Below, one piece after another: positions 23,678 through 37,631 of a stretch of DNA of 64,000 nucleotides. Numbering within the stretch: the stretch's first letter is position 1; each line of letters starts with the position of its first letter. The notes under the pieces were generated by a model that did not search any database, had not been told where the DNA came from, and was given only the letters and a program-made list of their open reading frames with translations. A program made the position numbers and the translations under genes. Source of the DNA: Octopus sinensis (lineage: Eukaryota); the NCBI RefSeq assembly GCF_006345805.1, contig NC_042997.1:43958001-44022000 (forward strand), in the 5' to 3' direction.

Positions 23678-24193
23678 AACACGGAGACCTACATCAAGTG
23701 TCTGGAGGGGGTAGTGCTGCCCTGGGTCAAGAGAGTAGCTGCTGGAAGATCCTATGTCTGGCAACAAGACTCTGCACCGTGTCACACAAGCAAGAGAACC
23801 CAGTCATGGCTGTCAGACAGTTTCTGCAACCACATCACCCCTAACATCTGGCCACCTAACTCCCCAGACTGCAACCCCCTTCATTATTATGTGTGGGACG
23901 CAGTTGAGCGAGAGTCCACTAAAACTCCTCCTAACACCAAAGATGAGCTGAAGGCAAAGATTATGGCAGCATTCACCAACTTAACAAGGAGACCGTCCAG
24001 AAGAGTTGCAGGAGATTCCGAAGTTATCTGGAGACGGTGGTTGAAGCCAATGGCGATTTTATTGAATAAATTTACTCTTTAGTATTTCAAGATATTTTTC
24101 ATGTAATTTTGGTAAATGCATCTGTTAAAATGAAGTGTCAGTGTTATTTTCATTTTTGAGTAATTTAGACGACAGTTTATTCACCGTACCGTG
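23678..24193 (+). mobile_element. Tc1/mariner (maT-like) 3' fragment with right TIR
   Basis: YVWQQDSAPCHTSKRTQSWL...WPPNSPDCNPLHYYVW. Ends TTTATTCACCGTACCGTG|TA. Confidence 0.85.
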
Positions 24194-24289
24194 TATATTG
24201 GTTTCAAATTTTGGCACAAGGCTAGCAATATATATATTAGCACACCGGGTAAAATATATAGCGGTATTTCGTCCGTCTTTATATGGTTC

Positions 24290-24580
24290 CGGGTTCAGTA
24301 CCGCTGCGTGTCACCTTGGGCAAGTGTCTTCTACTATAGCCTCGGGCTGACGAAAGCCTTGTGAGTGGATTTGGTAGACGGAAACTGAAAGAAGCCCGTC
24401 GTATATTATGTGTATTTATTTATGTATGTGTGTGTGTTTGTCCCCCAAAATCGCTTGACAACCGATGGTGGTGTGTTTACGTTCCCGTAACTAAGCGGTT
24501 CAGCAAAACAGACCGATAGAATAAGTACGGTGCTCCAGCATGGCCGCAGTCAAATGACTGAAACAAATAAAAGAATAAAA
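24290..24580 (+). mobile_element. SINE family C
   Basis: Same body as 26850-27250. Confidence 0.75.
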
Positions 24581-24585
24581 GTATA

Positions 24586-25103
24586 TCTATATATATAAAA
24601 CTGTAGTTGTGTGAGTGTCTGTCTCCTACGATTTAGATTCCTAACTCCTCCCACATTTTGCGGTGCAGTTTAACCAAATTCGGGTATCTTATAGTCGTGA
24701 TTAATATCGAGCCCGTCTGGCTATTAGCGCGCGTCTACGATGAGTCTACGATTTTAAAAATAATTTAACATCATTTTTTATTCCATTTTAATGCATAATT
24801 TTTCGTGTATCGATGGCGGCGGAGTTGGCGTCCACGCTCAAACACCTGCACCTGTGTTTGCTTCTCCCCCTTCTTCCCTCCCTCGTGAAGCTGTGGGGAA
24901 GGGAGTGTAAGGAAATCAACGTCGTAATGCGTTGTCAAGGAGACCAGCGTTCTTTTAGAACAACGACTTCATGGCTTGAAGACACCAAAACAGAAATGGC
25001 TAAGAAAGCCCGAATTGGCATCTATAAAGGAAGTAACTCTCTAAAAAATGCTTATATAGTTATTTCCCTTACAAACCCGAGCAACGCCGGGCGATACTGC
25101 TAG
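24586..25103 (+). mobile_element. non-autonomous Helitron with ~220-bp extra segment
   Basis: A|TCTATATATATAAAA start and CCCGAGCAACGCCGGGCGATACTGCTAG|T end. Segment ~24800-25020 is absent from the other three copies. Confidence 0.85.
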
Positions 25104-25129
25104 TATTTATATATATTCTTTTCTTCTTT

Positions 25130-25620
<491 letters not shown>

Positions 25621-26159
25621 CAATATATGTATATTTTTCGTAATAGTAATCTTTTACCTGTTTTAGTCATTGGACTGTGGTCATGCTGGGGCACCGCTTT
25701 GTAGATTTAGTTGAACAAATTGACACCGGTATTTTAAGTCTTGTACTCATCTTACTGTCTCTTTTGTCAAACCGCTAAGCTATGGAGGTATATATACGAT
25801 TGTCTTCCGTCTATGAAATTCATTCACTAGGTAATGTTCGGCCAGGGGTTAGAATAGAAGACATTCGCCAAAGGTGCTGCATTGTGGAACTGAACCCGAA
25901 ACCACGTAGTTTGGGGTAGGGGAATAGTCGAAACCACACAGCAATGATTTGTAAATCTTGAACTAATATTGTCCGATGTGTTCTTCATTTTGTAAGATGT
26001 TTGATTTGTGATATTCATCCCGACTTAAACGTGAGAGAAACTCTCAGATTGGCTTTTGGCTTCTGAGATGTGATACACAACCTGGATTCACTGCTCGAAT
26101 AAAAATCTTTTGTGTACTCCTTTTACCCTGATTTTTCTTGTTAACGACTTGTAATATTT

Positions 26160-26552
26160 TTGGGTGACGTCAGATATAGGTCACTAGTGCTGATTAAAGA
26201 ATTAGGATGGGATATATAAAATAAGTTGAACTATGAATGATATGGACTAGTGTTTCCTGAGCGCTTTCTTTTTTCACCCAACGCTCCTTTCATGACGTAA
26301 ACAAGTATAACCAATCTCGTGTTAGTCGGCGGTTAAACTATACACATATTTCCGAAAACCTTGAAATCCAGATTTACTAAGACTATCCAGAGACAATATT
26401 GTGATTCTAAATAAATATATCGGAATGTAGGGCAGGATTCATGACAGACGAACTGTAGACAGGAACTTCGTTGTGGGCTAGCTAGGAAGTTGGTCAGCAG
26501 CGAAAGGGTCTTCCGGTGAGAGAAGAACAACAAAAGAATGTCAGCTGTGAGT
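26160..26552 (+). promoter_or_regulatory. candidate promoter and first exon ending ATG TCA GCT|GTGAGT
   Basis: TGACGTCA at ~26165, TGACGTAA at ~26293, CCAAT, ETS-like AGGAAGT and CTTCCGG, then AAAAGAATG (26538) and a consensus donor at 26547. No downstream exon identified. Confidence 0.3.
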
Positions 26553-26849
26553 GTTAAACGAATCTGAATGAATTAAACAGAAATAACTGGCGACTTAAGC
26601 CCCGATGTTCGTAAAGTAATAAACGTTTGATAAATGCATTCTCGTCTCCACTACTTTGCTTGCGTATAGCTTAAAGCTATAGGAGAATGTTAATGTAGAA
26701 GACTTATTTAATTAGATAGGAAGTAGAATATCTTCATCGGGAGATTTATGATCTACATTTGCTAAGAGGACCAAGAGCCAAATGGTATCTTCTCACTGGT
26801 GCTTGTGCTATCAATAATGCATCAGTCAATAGTCAATCTTGTAACAGTT

Positions 26850-27250
26850 AGGCGCAGGAGTGGCTGTGTGGTAAGTAGCTTGCTAACCAACCACATGGTT
26901 GCGGGTTCAGTCCCACTGCGTGGCATCTTGGGCAAGTGTCTTCTGCTATAGCCCCGGGCCGGCCAATGCCTTGTGAGTGGATTTGGTAGACGGAAACTGA
27001 AAGAAGCCTGTCGTATATATGTATATATATATATATATGTGTGTGTGTGTTTGTCCCCCTAGCATTGCTTGACAACCGATGCTGGTGTGTCTACGTCCCC
27101 GTCACTTAGCGGTTCGGCAAAAGAGACCGATAGAATAAGTACTGGGCTTACAAAGAATAAGTTCCGGGGTCGATTTGATCGACTAAAGGCGGTGCTCCAG
27201 CATGGCCGCAGTCAAATTACTGAAACAAGTAAAAGATAAAAGATAAAAGA
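26850..27250 (+). mobile_element. SINE family C, full length
   Basis: Head AGGCGCAGGAGTGGCTGTGTGGTAAG...GGGTTCAGTCCC, CORE-like block, (TAAAAGA)n tail. Confidence 0.85.
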
Positions 27251-27820
27251 GAGTAAGAGTTAGTAATGATGTACGATGAAATCAACGAGTATTGCTGAGC
27301 GGAGTCCAAATTTCCAATTGAGTGTGAGTTAGCAGCTATCGGGGATTATGCTCAACATCTGAGTCACACTGCACGAAAATAAAAGTTTTATATGTCGTTC
27401 TTATTGCCTACTTCACTTCTGTTGCTACATGTGATTTTTGTTTTGGCTGATGTCAAGAACTTGTGCTATTAAAAAGAAAAATACTGTGATATATAAAATA
27501 ATAAATTAAGGTATGGTTTCTCAACGGAAGCCATATGGCCCCGTGGGGGCCATGAAACATTTCTTGGTGGCCACAACGCTAAGTTTGAAAAATAGGGAGC
27601 CACAGGGGCCTACGGGTGTAGGGGGAGGGTACAGAAAATTTAGGAATCATAAAATATTAACATGTAGGTATGTATTTTTATCTGTAAAATGCACGTGACA
27701 CACATACATATTAGAAACATGTGTATATGCGTTTATAATTATGATGGATCATAATTTTCTATTACACTCATATATGTACCTGAAGAACACATGTTAGAAT
27801 ATTAGATTTTGAGTGTTGTA

Positions 27821-28698
27821 TCAGGTCATCCCATAAGTTCTGACCGATTTTACCTTTTTTAAAAATTGAATGAAATTTAATAGTATTTTAGAATGTCTAA
27901 TAGAATTAAAAAATATTTTTATGCATTTGTGTACATTTAAGCCAATTAAATATTATTTTACAGAATAATAGAATTAAAATTTCTTTGATTAAAACCCTTT
28001 CTAACTTGGAAGTATCCAAAGAGCATTTAAGGCACATAATGCTTTATGAGTACAAAAAAGAAAGCTCTGCAGCCGAAGCGACTCGAAACATACACCCAGT
28101 TTATGGGAAAGAATGCTTGAATGAAAGAACTTGCAGAAGATGGTTTGCAAAATTGAGAAGTGGAGATTTCAGCCTTGAAGATGAAGATCGAACACGACGT
28201 CCAGTTGAGTTTGATGATAAGCTCCTTGAGGCATTACTTGAAGAAAATCCTGCATTATCAGTAGAAGAATTGGCAATAAAGCTTAGTTCAAACCATACAA
28301 CTGTTCATCGTCATCTTCAACAACTTGGAAAGGTTCCTAAACTTGGAAAATGGGTGCCTCATGAAATGTCCGAAAGCAAACGCAAATCCCGTGTTGACAT
28401 CTGCTCTTATCTCCATACTCGTAAACTCATTTCACCCTTTTTGGATAGACATGTGACTAGTGACGAAAAATGGATCTTGTATAGAAATGTTAAACGTGGA
28501 AATGTTAAACAGTGGCTTGGTAAAAGGGAAAAAGCTCGACCACAACCGAGAAGGGAACTTCGTGGTTCTGCTGTCTATCAGGTGGGATTGCAAAGGAGTA
28601 ATTCACTTTGAATTGTTACCACGTAATGCAACAATCAATGCTCAAGTCTACTGTCAGCAATTAGAGGGTTTGAACCAAGCTTTGAAGAAAAAAAAAAA
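27821..28698 (+). mobile_element. mariner transposon, 5' TIR plus truncated transposase
   Basis: TA|TCAGGTCATCCCATAAGTTC. ORF has RTCRRWFAKLRSGDFSLED, WVPHEM and VTSDEKWILY, then frameshift to WDCKGVIHFELLP. Cut off at 28698. Confidence 0.9.
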
Positions 28699-28761
28699 GA
28701 CCCGCTTTAGTGAATCAAATAGGCAAAGTTCATTGCGAATTGGGGACAAGGGAGAAAGGCT

Positions 28762-29346
28762 TGTAGCGAGACCTATTTCTGTTGTGGCATTTTGTAGTCG
28801 ACTAGCCTTAAATAGGCTCCACTCGTTTTCTTTAATGATTGGTCATTTGACCAATCATATGAGTTTGGAGTATTTGGTTGAGTTCTGTATTTTGATTGGT
28901 CGAGTTTTGCGCGGAATATGGATCTCGAATCTAGTCATGTTCTGCGTAATACCTTTTAAATAACTAACTTGAACCCTCGCCTATTTTTGCCTATATATAA
29001 CCTTAACAAAAACCTCTTCGAGAGACAGGTGAGAGAATTCCCAGCGGACGATTCGTGATGTCTTCCAGCTGTTATAACGAAGCACTTTTAACCAACGACG
29101 GCCAGAGTTGAATTTTCCAAATGATAGATGAATCATACAACCACCAGAATCCGCGCTGTGTTTATTTGGTCCACTGCATAATTTAGCAGAAGAATCAAGT
29201 CTCGCTGTTATTTTGAAGTCTGTTTCTTGTTTCATTTCCACGAGTTGAAACGCAGCACATGTTACATAATGGCATGCAACATTCCGTAGTAAACCACGAG
29301 AGACTTTATAACCACACCAGTTAAAGGCTCAGTAAAGATGGTCACA
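28762..29346 (+). mobile_element. possible solo LTR
   Basis: Starts TGTAGCGAG, several CCAAT/ATTGG boxes, CTATATATAA, ends GTCACA. No TSD seen. Confidence 0.35.
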
Positions 29347-29498
29347 CAACTACCACTCTGTTTCTCTCAAAGATTTTCTGTCAATGTCTGTAAAATTTGC
29401 ACACAAAAATATGCACACATACACTCCATGCATTTTCTATATGTTAAGATTCCGACATTAAATAGCATTGTTTATTCTGTCACGTTGCACTATTGGCA

Positions 29499-29826
29499 TG
29501 AGGGTTCCGGTTGATCCGAATCAACGGAACAGCCTGCTCGTGAAATTAACGTGTAAGTGGCTGAGCACTCCACAGACACGTGCACCCTTAACGTAGTTCT
29601 CGGGGATTTTTCAGCGTGACACAGAGAGTGACAAGGCCGGCCCCCAGGAAGTAAGAGTGAGAGAAAGTTGTGGTGAAAGAGTACAGCAGGGATCACCACC
29701 ATCCCCTGCCGGAGCCTCGTGGAGCTTCTTTTTGGGTGTTTTCGCTCAATAAACACTCACAACGCCTGGTCTGGGAATCGAAATCGCGATCCTATGACTG
29801 CGAGTCCGCTGCCCTAACCACTGGGC
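29499..29826 (-). mobile_element. SINE family T, tail a, internally deleted
   Basis: Matches 9277-9660 with deletions. Confidence 0.8.
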
Positions 29827-30082
29827 ATAACTTGTATAGAGTTATAGAGTAACAGTTGATAAGAATATTAATCTGTGTGTGTGTGCGTGTGCGTGTGTTT
29901 GCGCGTGTGCGTGTGTGTGTGCGCATTCAATTTCGAAGACGACATCCCCAGACAACCCGACGATATCGTTAGGACGTACGTTAGACAAAATTAAACACAA
30001 AACATGGAACGAATCTTTATCAGACTTAAAAATAACGCGTCTACATTAGTAAATGTTAGATGTTTGTTGTTCAAATTCCCCA

Positions 30083-30089
30083 ACTACTT

Positions 30090-30120
<31 letters not shown>

Positions 30121-30121
30121 A

Positions 30122-30205
<84 letters not shown>
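30083..30205. repeat. (ACT)n(AAT)n microsatellite
   Basis: Directly visible; followed by a family M SINE fragment. Confidence 0.95.
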
Positions 30206-30661
30206 TTATTTCTTTACTACCCACAAGGGGCTAAACACAGAGGGGACAAATAAGGACACACAAACGGATTAAGTCGATTACATCGACCCCAGTGCGTAAC
30301 TGGTACTTAATTTATCGACCCCGAAAGGATGAAAGGCAAAGTCGACCTCATAATAATAATAATAATGATGATGATAATAATTCGTTCGTTTATTGGCCAC
30401 AAGGGCTAACAAAAATCAATTAAAACATAAAGGGACAAAACACAGGGCGAAAGTTACAAAGGGTTTTGTCCGTTTGAAAAAGGTCCGTGTACAAAAGCAG
30501 GATAACAACGAAATGTAAGTAACAATTAAAACTCCCAATAGGGGGAGGCACTTCGAAAAGGTTACTCGTGGAGAAACCCATTAAAGCCACGGGAGCCTGG
30601 ATAATAAATAATAATAATAATCATAATTTCAAATTTTGGCATAAGGCCAGGAAGTTTGGGG

Positions 30662-30881
30662 TACTCTTTTACTCTTTTACTCTTTTACTTGTTTCGGTCA
30701 TTTGACTGCGCCCATGCTGGAGCACCGCCTTTAGTCGAGCAAATCGACCCCGGGACTTATTCTTTGTAAGCCCAGTACTTATTCTATCAGTCTCTTTTTG
30801 CCGAACCGCTAAGTGACGGGGACATAAACACACCAGCATCGGTTGTCAAGCAATGCTAGGGGGACAAACACAGACACACAA

Positions 30882-30947
<66 letters not shown>

Positions 30948-31076
30948 GACAGGCTTCTTTCAGTTTCCGTCTACCAAATCCACTCACAAGGCATTGGTCG
31001 GCCCGGGGCTATAGCAGAAGACACTTGCCCAAGATGCCACGCAGTGGGACTGAACCCGGAACCATGTGGTTGGTTA
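30662..31076 (-). mobile_element. SINE family C
   Basis: Near-identical to 54979-55387, head truncated. Confidence 0.8.
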
Positions 31077-31479
31077 AGTCGATTACATCGACCGCTTTAC
31101 TCAACGGCTACTTATTTTATCAATCCTGAAAGGGTGAATGGCAAAGTCTACATCGGCGGCATTTGAGCTCGGAACCAAAAGACGGGCGAAATGCCGCTGA
31201 GCAGGTTGCCCGGGCTGTTAACGATTCTGCCCACCTCGCCGCCTTATTAATAATCCTTTCTACTTATAGGCACAAGGCCTGAAATTTTGGGAGAGAGGGG
31301 TATAGTCGATTACATCGACCCCCCCCCCCCAGTGCGCAACTGGTACTTATTTCATCGACTCCGAAAGGTTGAAAGGCAAAGTCAACCCCGGCGGAATTCG
31401 AAGCCAGAACGTAAAGACGGACGAAATGCCGCTAAGCATTTTGCTCGGCACGCTAACGATTCTGTCAGCTCGTCACCTT

Positions 31480-31521
<42 letters not shown>

Positions 31522-31539
31522 AATAATAATAATGATGAT

Positions 31540-32095
31540 GCAGTACCAGGCAGTGGCTCTCGTGGCTTCTGATCTTAACTGATTGGAAGTGTTATCATGT
31601 ACATTTTTTTAAATCTTGGTATAAAAGATAGCTACAACAAATATTCTGCTCAATACCACAGATTTTTGCTTGTCAGTTGTTTGACCTTAACCAGTTGTGC
31701 ATGTCCCTTGGTGGCTGACGATATGTGCATCTCTGATCACGAGCAGAAGTAATGGGGGAGCATCATGGCCATGTGTTGAAAGGAATCCTTTCGGGTTTAA
31801 ATAATTCACCTCTGGAAACATGGGTGTTTCATTCAACATCTTTAAACAAACCTTATTCAGGAACCTTTTGAGTGGAAGGGGCTACTCGACCTGAAGAAAA
31901 TTCTAACTGGGCTCTACCTGCAAGGTCATGCACTGTTTATCGTGATATAAGACCACCATGTCTCACACATATGATGCATGTGCCTGATGTACCCTTATCA
32001 GACAGGTAGCCATGATGGGTATACTGAGCTTCATATAATTTACCCCAATATCACTTTGATGGTATGCACTACTCTCTCACTCAATAATAATAATA
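31540..32095 (+). mobile_element. ~550-bp (AAT)n-tailed retroposon
   Basis: Reverse-complement homolog at 33470-34022. Ends CTCTCTCACTCAATAATAATAAT. Confidence 0.75.
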
Positions 32096-32472
32096 ATCCT
32101 TTCTCCTGGAAGCACAAGGCCTCAAATTTGGGGGAAGGCATTAAGTCAATTACATCGACTCCAGTGCGTAACTTATACTTAATTTATCGACCCCAAAGAA
32201 TGAAAGGCAAAGTCAACATCGGCGGAATTTGAACTCAGGCCATGGAGACAAGCGAAATACCACTAAGCATTTCGTCCAGTGCGCTAACGATTCTACCAGC
32301 TCGCCACCTTAATAACAACAACATCATCATCAACAACAAAAACATCAGGACTAACAAGTATATATAACATACAGAAAACAGCAGTACTAGGAACCACACA
32401 CATCTTACATAAAACACCATAACAAACCACAGCACATACTCAAGGCACATGGAGCTGCGTAGTGAAAACACA

Positions 32473-33208
32473 TGTAGCGGACCCTTAGTGAAATCCTCTC
32501 TCTCTGACATATATAACACAAATACGGACGTGCCAGATAATAGCCAACCTTCGGCCGCTTAGGCCCTGTTGTGTCCACTACTCTGATTGGTTGGTTTTAG
32601 TGCAGTTTGTCTCTTGCTTTATTTCGAGCCAATGTGCGATCCAACCAATCGCAGCCTTCTGATAAGGTCCCGTGACAGTTTTCTAGGTTCTCTTCTGGAG
32701 TCTGCTAATCTCTTTAAAAGCTAGATCAATAAACCGTATTTTTGTTTTTGGTTCTCACCACAGAGCACTCAGACATGTTCCAGCGACAGACAGCGACAAC
32801 GTCAACACCAGCAGTATTCAGGACCTTCATCACCGTCGCCTTCATTTTAACGACGCCAACAGCAACATCACCCAGGTTTAACTTCACGCTGTTCGTGAAT
32901 ACTCACCAAGGTTAACAGCAAGCTCAACCTGCGTGATCCTTCTTTATCAAGTAACCCGGCACAGCATAGCAGCCACAACCTCTACACGCGTAGTAACCGG
33001 CTCTGCCCTTTTTTGCCTCAACCTCTTGTACAGAACTCCAACTATTGCATTCTTACTACGAACTGGTATTCATCTTTACCTTGTGTTTGAACATTCATCT
33101 AGCGTCCTATTGTAAACACTTTCTATGCTCTGTATTTTATCTCACATGCATACACCCTTGTTTGTACACACAAACACATTATGTATGCATGACGGCCTGT
33201 CTATTGTC

Positions 33209-33265
<57 letters not shown>

Positions 33266-34226
33266 CGTACTTATGTTGCACACACAGACACATACTCTGC
33301 TAACACCTAAATAAAACCTTTTTCTTAACATTCTACACACATACACATTATTGTATGCTTGATGGCCTGTCTTACTGTTCTTATTATATATGTACTTATG
33401 TCGAACACAGAGACACACACTCTGCTAGCACACATACATATTATTATATGCATGACGGCCTGTCTATTATTATTATTATTATTGAGTGAGAGAGCAGTGC
33501 ATGCCATCAAAGTGACACTGGGGTACAAATATACAAAGCCCAATATACCCATCATGACTACCCGTCTGATAAGGGTACACCAGGCACATGCATCACAACC
33601 ATATGTGCGCGATATGGTGATCCTATATCAAGATAAACAGCACATGACCTTGCAGGTGGGGCCCAGTTAGAATTTTCTTCAGGTCGAGTAGCCCATCCCG
33701 CTCAAAAGGTCCCTGGATAAGGGTTGTTTAAGGATGTTGAACAAAACACCCATGTTTCCAGAGGTGAATTATCAAACCTCAAAGAATCCCTCTCAACATA
33801 TGGCTATGATGCTCCCCGACTACTTCTACTCATGATCAGAGATGCACATATCGTCAGCCACTAAGGGACATGCTCAACTGGTTACAGTCAAACAACTGAC
33901 AAGCAAATCTGTGGTATTGAGCAGAATATTTGCTGTAGCCCATCTTTTATACCAAGACAAAACAATGTACATGATAACACTTCCAATCAGTTAAGATCAG
34001 AAGCCATGAGAGCCACTGCCTGGTGTACTTATGTCGCACTCACAGATCTACACTCTGCTACAACATAAATAAAACATTTCTCTTACGGTTGTGTCGTCTT
34101 TCTCCTTATTCCTTTTGGCACTCGTACTCATTTATCCATATTTTGGCTTTTATTGCAAGGCGACCGTGCGGTGTTTAAAGGAGTCATTCATTCGTTACCA
34201 TCTCCTTTTCGCACGGTCGTTCTACA
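32473..34226 (+). mobile_element. solo-LTR-like element (TGTAG...CTACA) with internal triplication and nested retroposon
   Basis: Colinear by eye with the reverse complement of 47440-48494 along its length. CCAAT-rich 5' part, AATAAA, terminal hairpin. Confidence 0.65.
33470..34022 (-). mobile_element. ~550-bp (AAT)n-tailed retroposon
   Basis: Second copy of 31540-32095, inserted in an ATT tract of the LTR-like element. Confidence 0.75.
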
Positions 34227-34376
34227 CATGTGATAAAAATAAGACTACTGAATAATAATAATAATAATAATGATAATAATAATAATGATAATAAATAATA
34301 ATAATGATAATAATAATGATAATAATAATGATAATAATGATGATAATAATAATAATGATAATGATAAAGATAATGT

Positions 34377-34407
<31 letters not shown>

Positions 34408-34575
34408 AATGATGATGATGAAAATACCCTGTAACAGTGCAGTGATTTCCAAACTTATTTTATCGCAGAATCCTTATACGATTTCTCAAAAATTACAGAA
34501 CCCCCATTTCTATATATTTTACAGACAATCCTTATCACTCCAATTAATCAGAGATTAAATAAAACAGAAATTATT

Positions 34576-34638
<63 letters not shown>

Positions 34639-34879
34639 ATTAATGTTTTTATCAACAAAAACAACTTTTAATAACTTACTTTGAAAATGGTGAGCGCCAT
34701 CTATGTTTATGAAATATGTCTCTTTTTACTAAAAATTAAGAGGCACTTTATCTAAGGAAATCCCAGAATTTGTATTCATGGAATCCTGGTATTTAGAAAA
34801 CTCTGCTCTCTAACAAGGAAAACAATATCAGTTCAATGTGAAAATTTATGTGGGTCGCACCTGAGAATATATGCCTAGT

Positions 34880-34960
34880 GAGAATATTCAGCAATCCAAG
34901 ATGTCACAATTCGCTGGAATGTTGCCCATATGATTAGCGAACCTGACCAATTGCAACTTC
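34880..34960 (+). pseudogene. small hAT (ZBED-like) transposase remnant
   Basis: IQDVTIRWNVAHMI resembles the IQDV.TRWNS.Y.M motif. Confidence 0.4.
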
Positions 34961-37631
34961 TGCTGGAAGGAATATTATTCACTTTCAACTCTTGGCGCCT
35001 GCTCTTCTGTGAGCCTCTCAATCGGTATAAAATGATACACACACACAAACGACCACGATCCAAAGAGCTTTGGGATGTAGCCGAGACGACAAGGCAGACG
35101 GATGGCGAACAGACACGAGCGTAGCAGGGGCGGTAGGGGCGTTACTTTTGGGCCTGCTGTAAGTAATATGTGTTTTTTTTTTTTTTTGGAGTCCGGGGGC
35201 GGCACACACTCTAGCTACGCTAGTGCTCGAGCAGCAGTTGAATCTAGCTAATATCATCATAACGAACAGCCAGCAGCAATGCAACGACTAGCGGTAGCTT
35301 TTCGAATACTATTACAAAACATCCAAACTCTCTCAACAAACTCAAATTTGTTCGTGAAAGCTCAATATTATTTTGACATTTTCTTCTATGTACATCTGTC
35401 TACCTCCGACGCTAGAAGCTCCCAGCACTCAACAGTTAGCAACAGCCAGCATTCACCTAAGTACAAGTGATAGTCTACGCTAGCTATCAACAACCAACTT
35501 TAGTACAAGTGGTAACAACATATTACAGCCACATATGTTTAGTTCTCAGCGAGTCGATATCTATTTTACTTCACATTGGGAAATATTTGAATACCACAAT
35601 TTTTCTTTCTCTCTCCTGTAAATAAAATCAAGTGTTCAGAAAGTAGGTTCGCAGCAGTCATAATTGTCGTACATTATCTAGTCTGAGATTTTAATCTTGT
35701 TCCTTTACGTTCTGAATTAAAACCTAACTTTGTATTTTACTCTTTCGAGGCTGATTAAAATTATACAGTGATTCTATCTTTTTTTCTTAGTTTGGATAAG
35801 CTGGTGTGCCGTAGGAATCCTGCGTTTCGTGGTTGTACATTCCTTCGTCTGAGAGAAAGGAAGACGTTTTCCAATTGAATCCTCTTCGTATCACTCAAAC
35901 TTATCCAGATAACCTTCATTCTGTAATTTTACCGACGGAGAACACTACTGGTTTCCTCAGGCTATTTTTGACCTCTTTATACTAATGTATTACAACCATA
36001 TCTCTTACCTTATGAAGCTCTATGGAGAATCAAATGAAATTAGTATTATGACAGGCTGTCAGCGACGAGTTGAGTCTGCTACGCAGTTGTAATTATCGGC
36101 ATAAGGACATTTTTTAAATCGTTCAATCGTAGGAGGAAGGGAAAACCCACGTCCCTTTTCAGGTTTCTAAGACTGGTAGGACGAACTGAAGAAGTTGTCC
36201 TCAGACAGGAGACCTCGCCCGAGTGCTCGCAATTGAATGGACTCTGTTGGCGAGTGATTAAATCTATCACCCAAGAACAAAAACGGTGCTTCCGACATAT
36301 TCCCACCGAACTTACATCTACCAAATTTCATTTACAAGTCAACCCGAGGCGATGGCAAATGCCGCACCGTAGATCGATCCAAGCGAGCTTCTTATCAATG
36401 TTTCGCGTCCATTTGTCACCACTTACTCTTTAATAACATTGGTGTGAAAACATGATTTAAAACAAAACACCTCGTTGCTGCTCCTCTGAAACATAGAAGA
36501 CCCTATGCTGCTTAGTAAAGGTAAACAATTAAGATTGTACGCTCTGATACTGAGATGAATATATTAGACTAAGAAACGAATCTTTTCATAACCAAAGCTG
36601 TAACATGATTCCTATTTCTCCTTGGAGCAATATCAGAATACACACCTAGTTCATTTGGAAAAGCATGAACTACACCAATTCTGATTTCTTTATCTTTGTA
36701 AATATTAGTCGTATTTTCTCTATGTAAAGGATGAAAACCAGGTGACACAATAAAAAGTTCTTAATGAAAGAGTGAAATCAACTTCCTATATATTGTTTGG
36801 TCTTAATTCTTCAACTAGCGCAAAGCCATCATCACTACCAAGAAGATTATATTTCAGAAACGTAAGCACCAAAACTCTAAAACATAAAATGTTGACAAAG
36901 ACGCACCCAAACTCAAAAACATCTTCTTAAACTCGAAATTACTAATTAGCAATTACTAATTATTAAAGCAACGAAATTGTTTTCGGTATCCGTAGCAAGT
37001 ATAATAGGATTCGCTGGCCATTTTTCGGTCAAGAGCTATGGACTTCAGTTTTAAATATATCAGTTTTTTGCATGGAAAAATGTTCCTTTTTGATAAAGAG
37101 TTGTTCAATTAAGACCGTTTATCAGCCCTCCCTTGGCTCGAAGATAAACTAAGTCCACTTATCAAATCATCTATAAAAAAACAACAACAACAACAAAGAA
37201 TTAAGTAGATTATTCATTCTGAAGAAACATTTTTACATTGAACGTAAAAGCTAGCCTAGTTGTCTCCAGAAATTTCGTACCAGGAACCGTCAATAGATTG
37301 TATCTCGAATGCACCATCAAATTTAAATATGAGAACTACTAATCGGCTTGTTTACAGATACTTGTCAAAAGCTGCAACGAATACGTACATAAACATATCC
37401 TGTGCACACACAGATGCACCATGAAAGATTTGTCACACGACACATATTTTGATACGTACACATGATGGTTTCAAATTTTGGTACAAGGCCGGCACTCATT
37501 TTATCGTACTCAGAAAGGATGATAGGTAAAGTCGATCTCGGCGGAATTTGAACTTAGAACGTAGCAACAATCAACAACTACAACATCAAAATTCTATATA
37601 CAGTAGAACTTCACAGTACGACTGCTCTATG

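Noticed and set aside
34160-34220. Hairpin as a pre-miRNA
   Set aside because: It is the 3' end of the LTR-like repeat also present at ~47440-47500, and has a 6x1 bulge.
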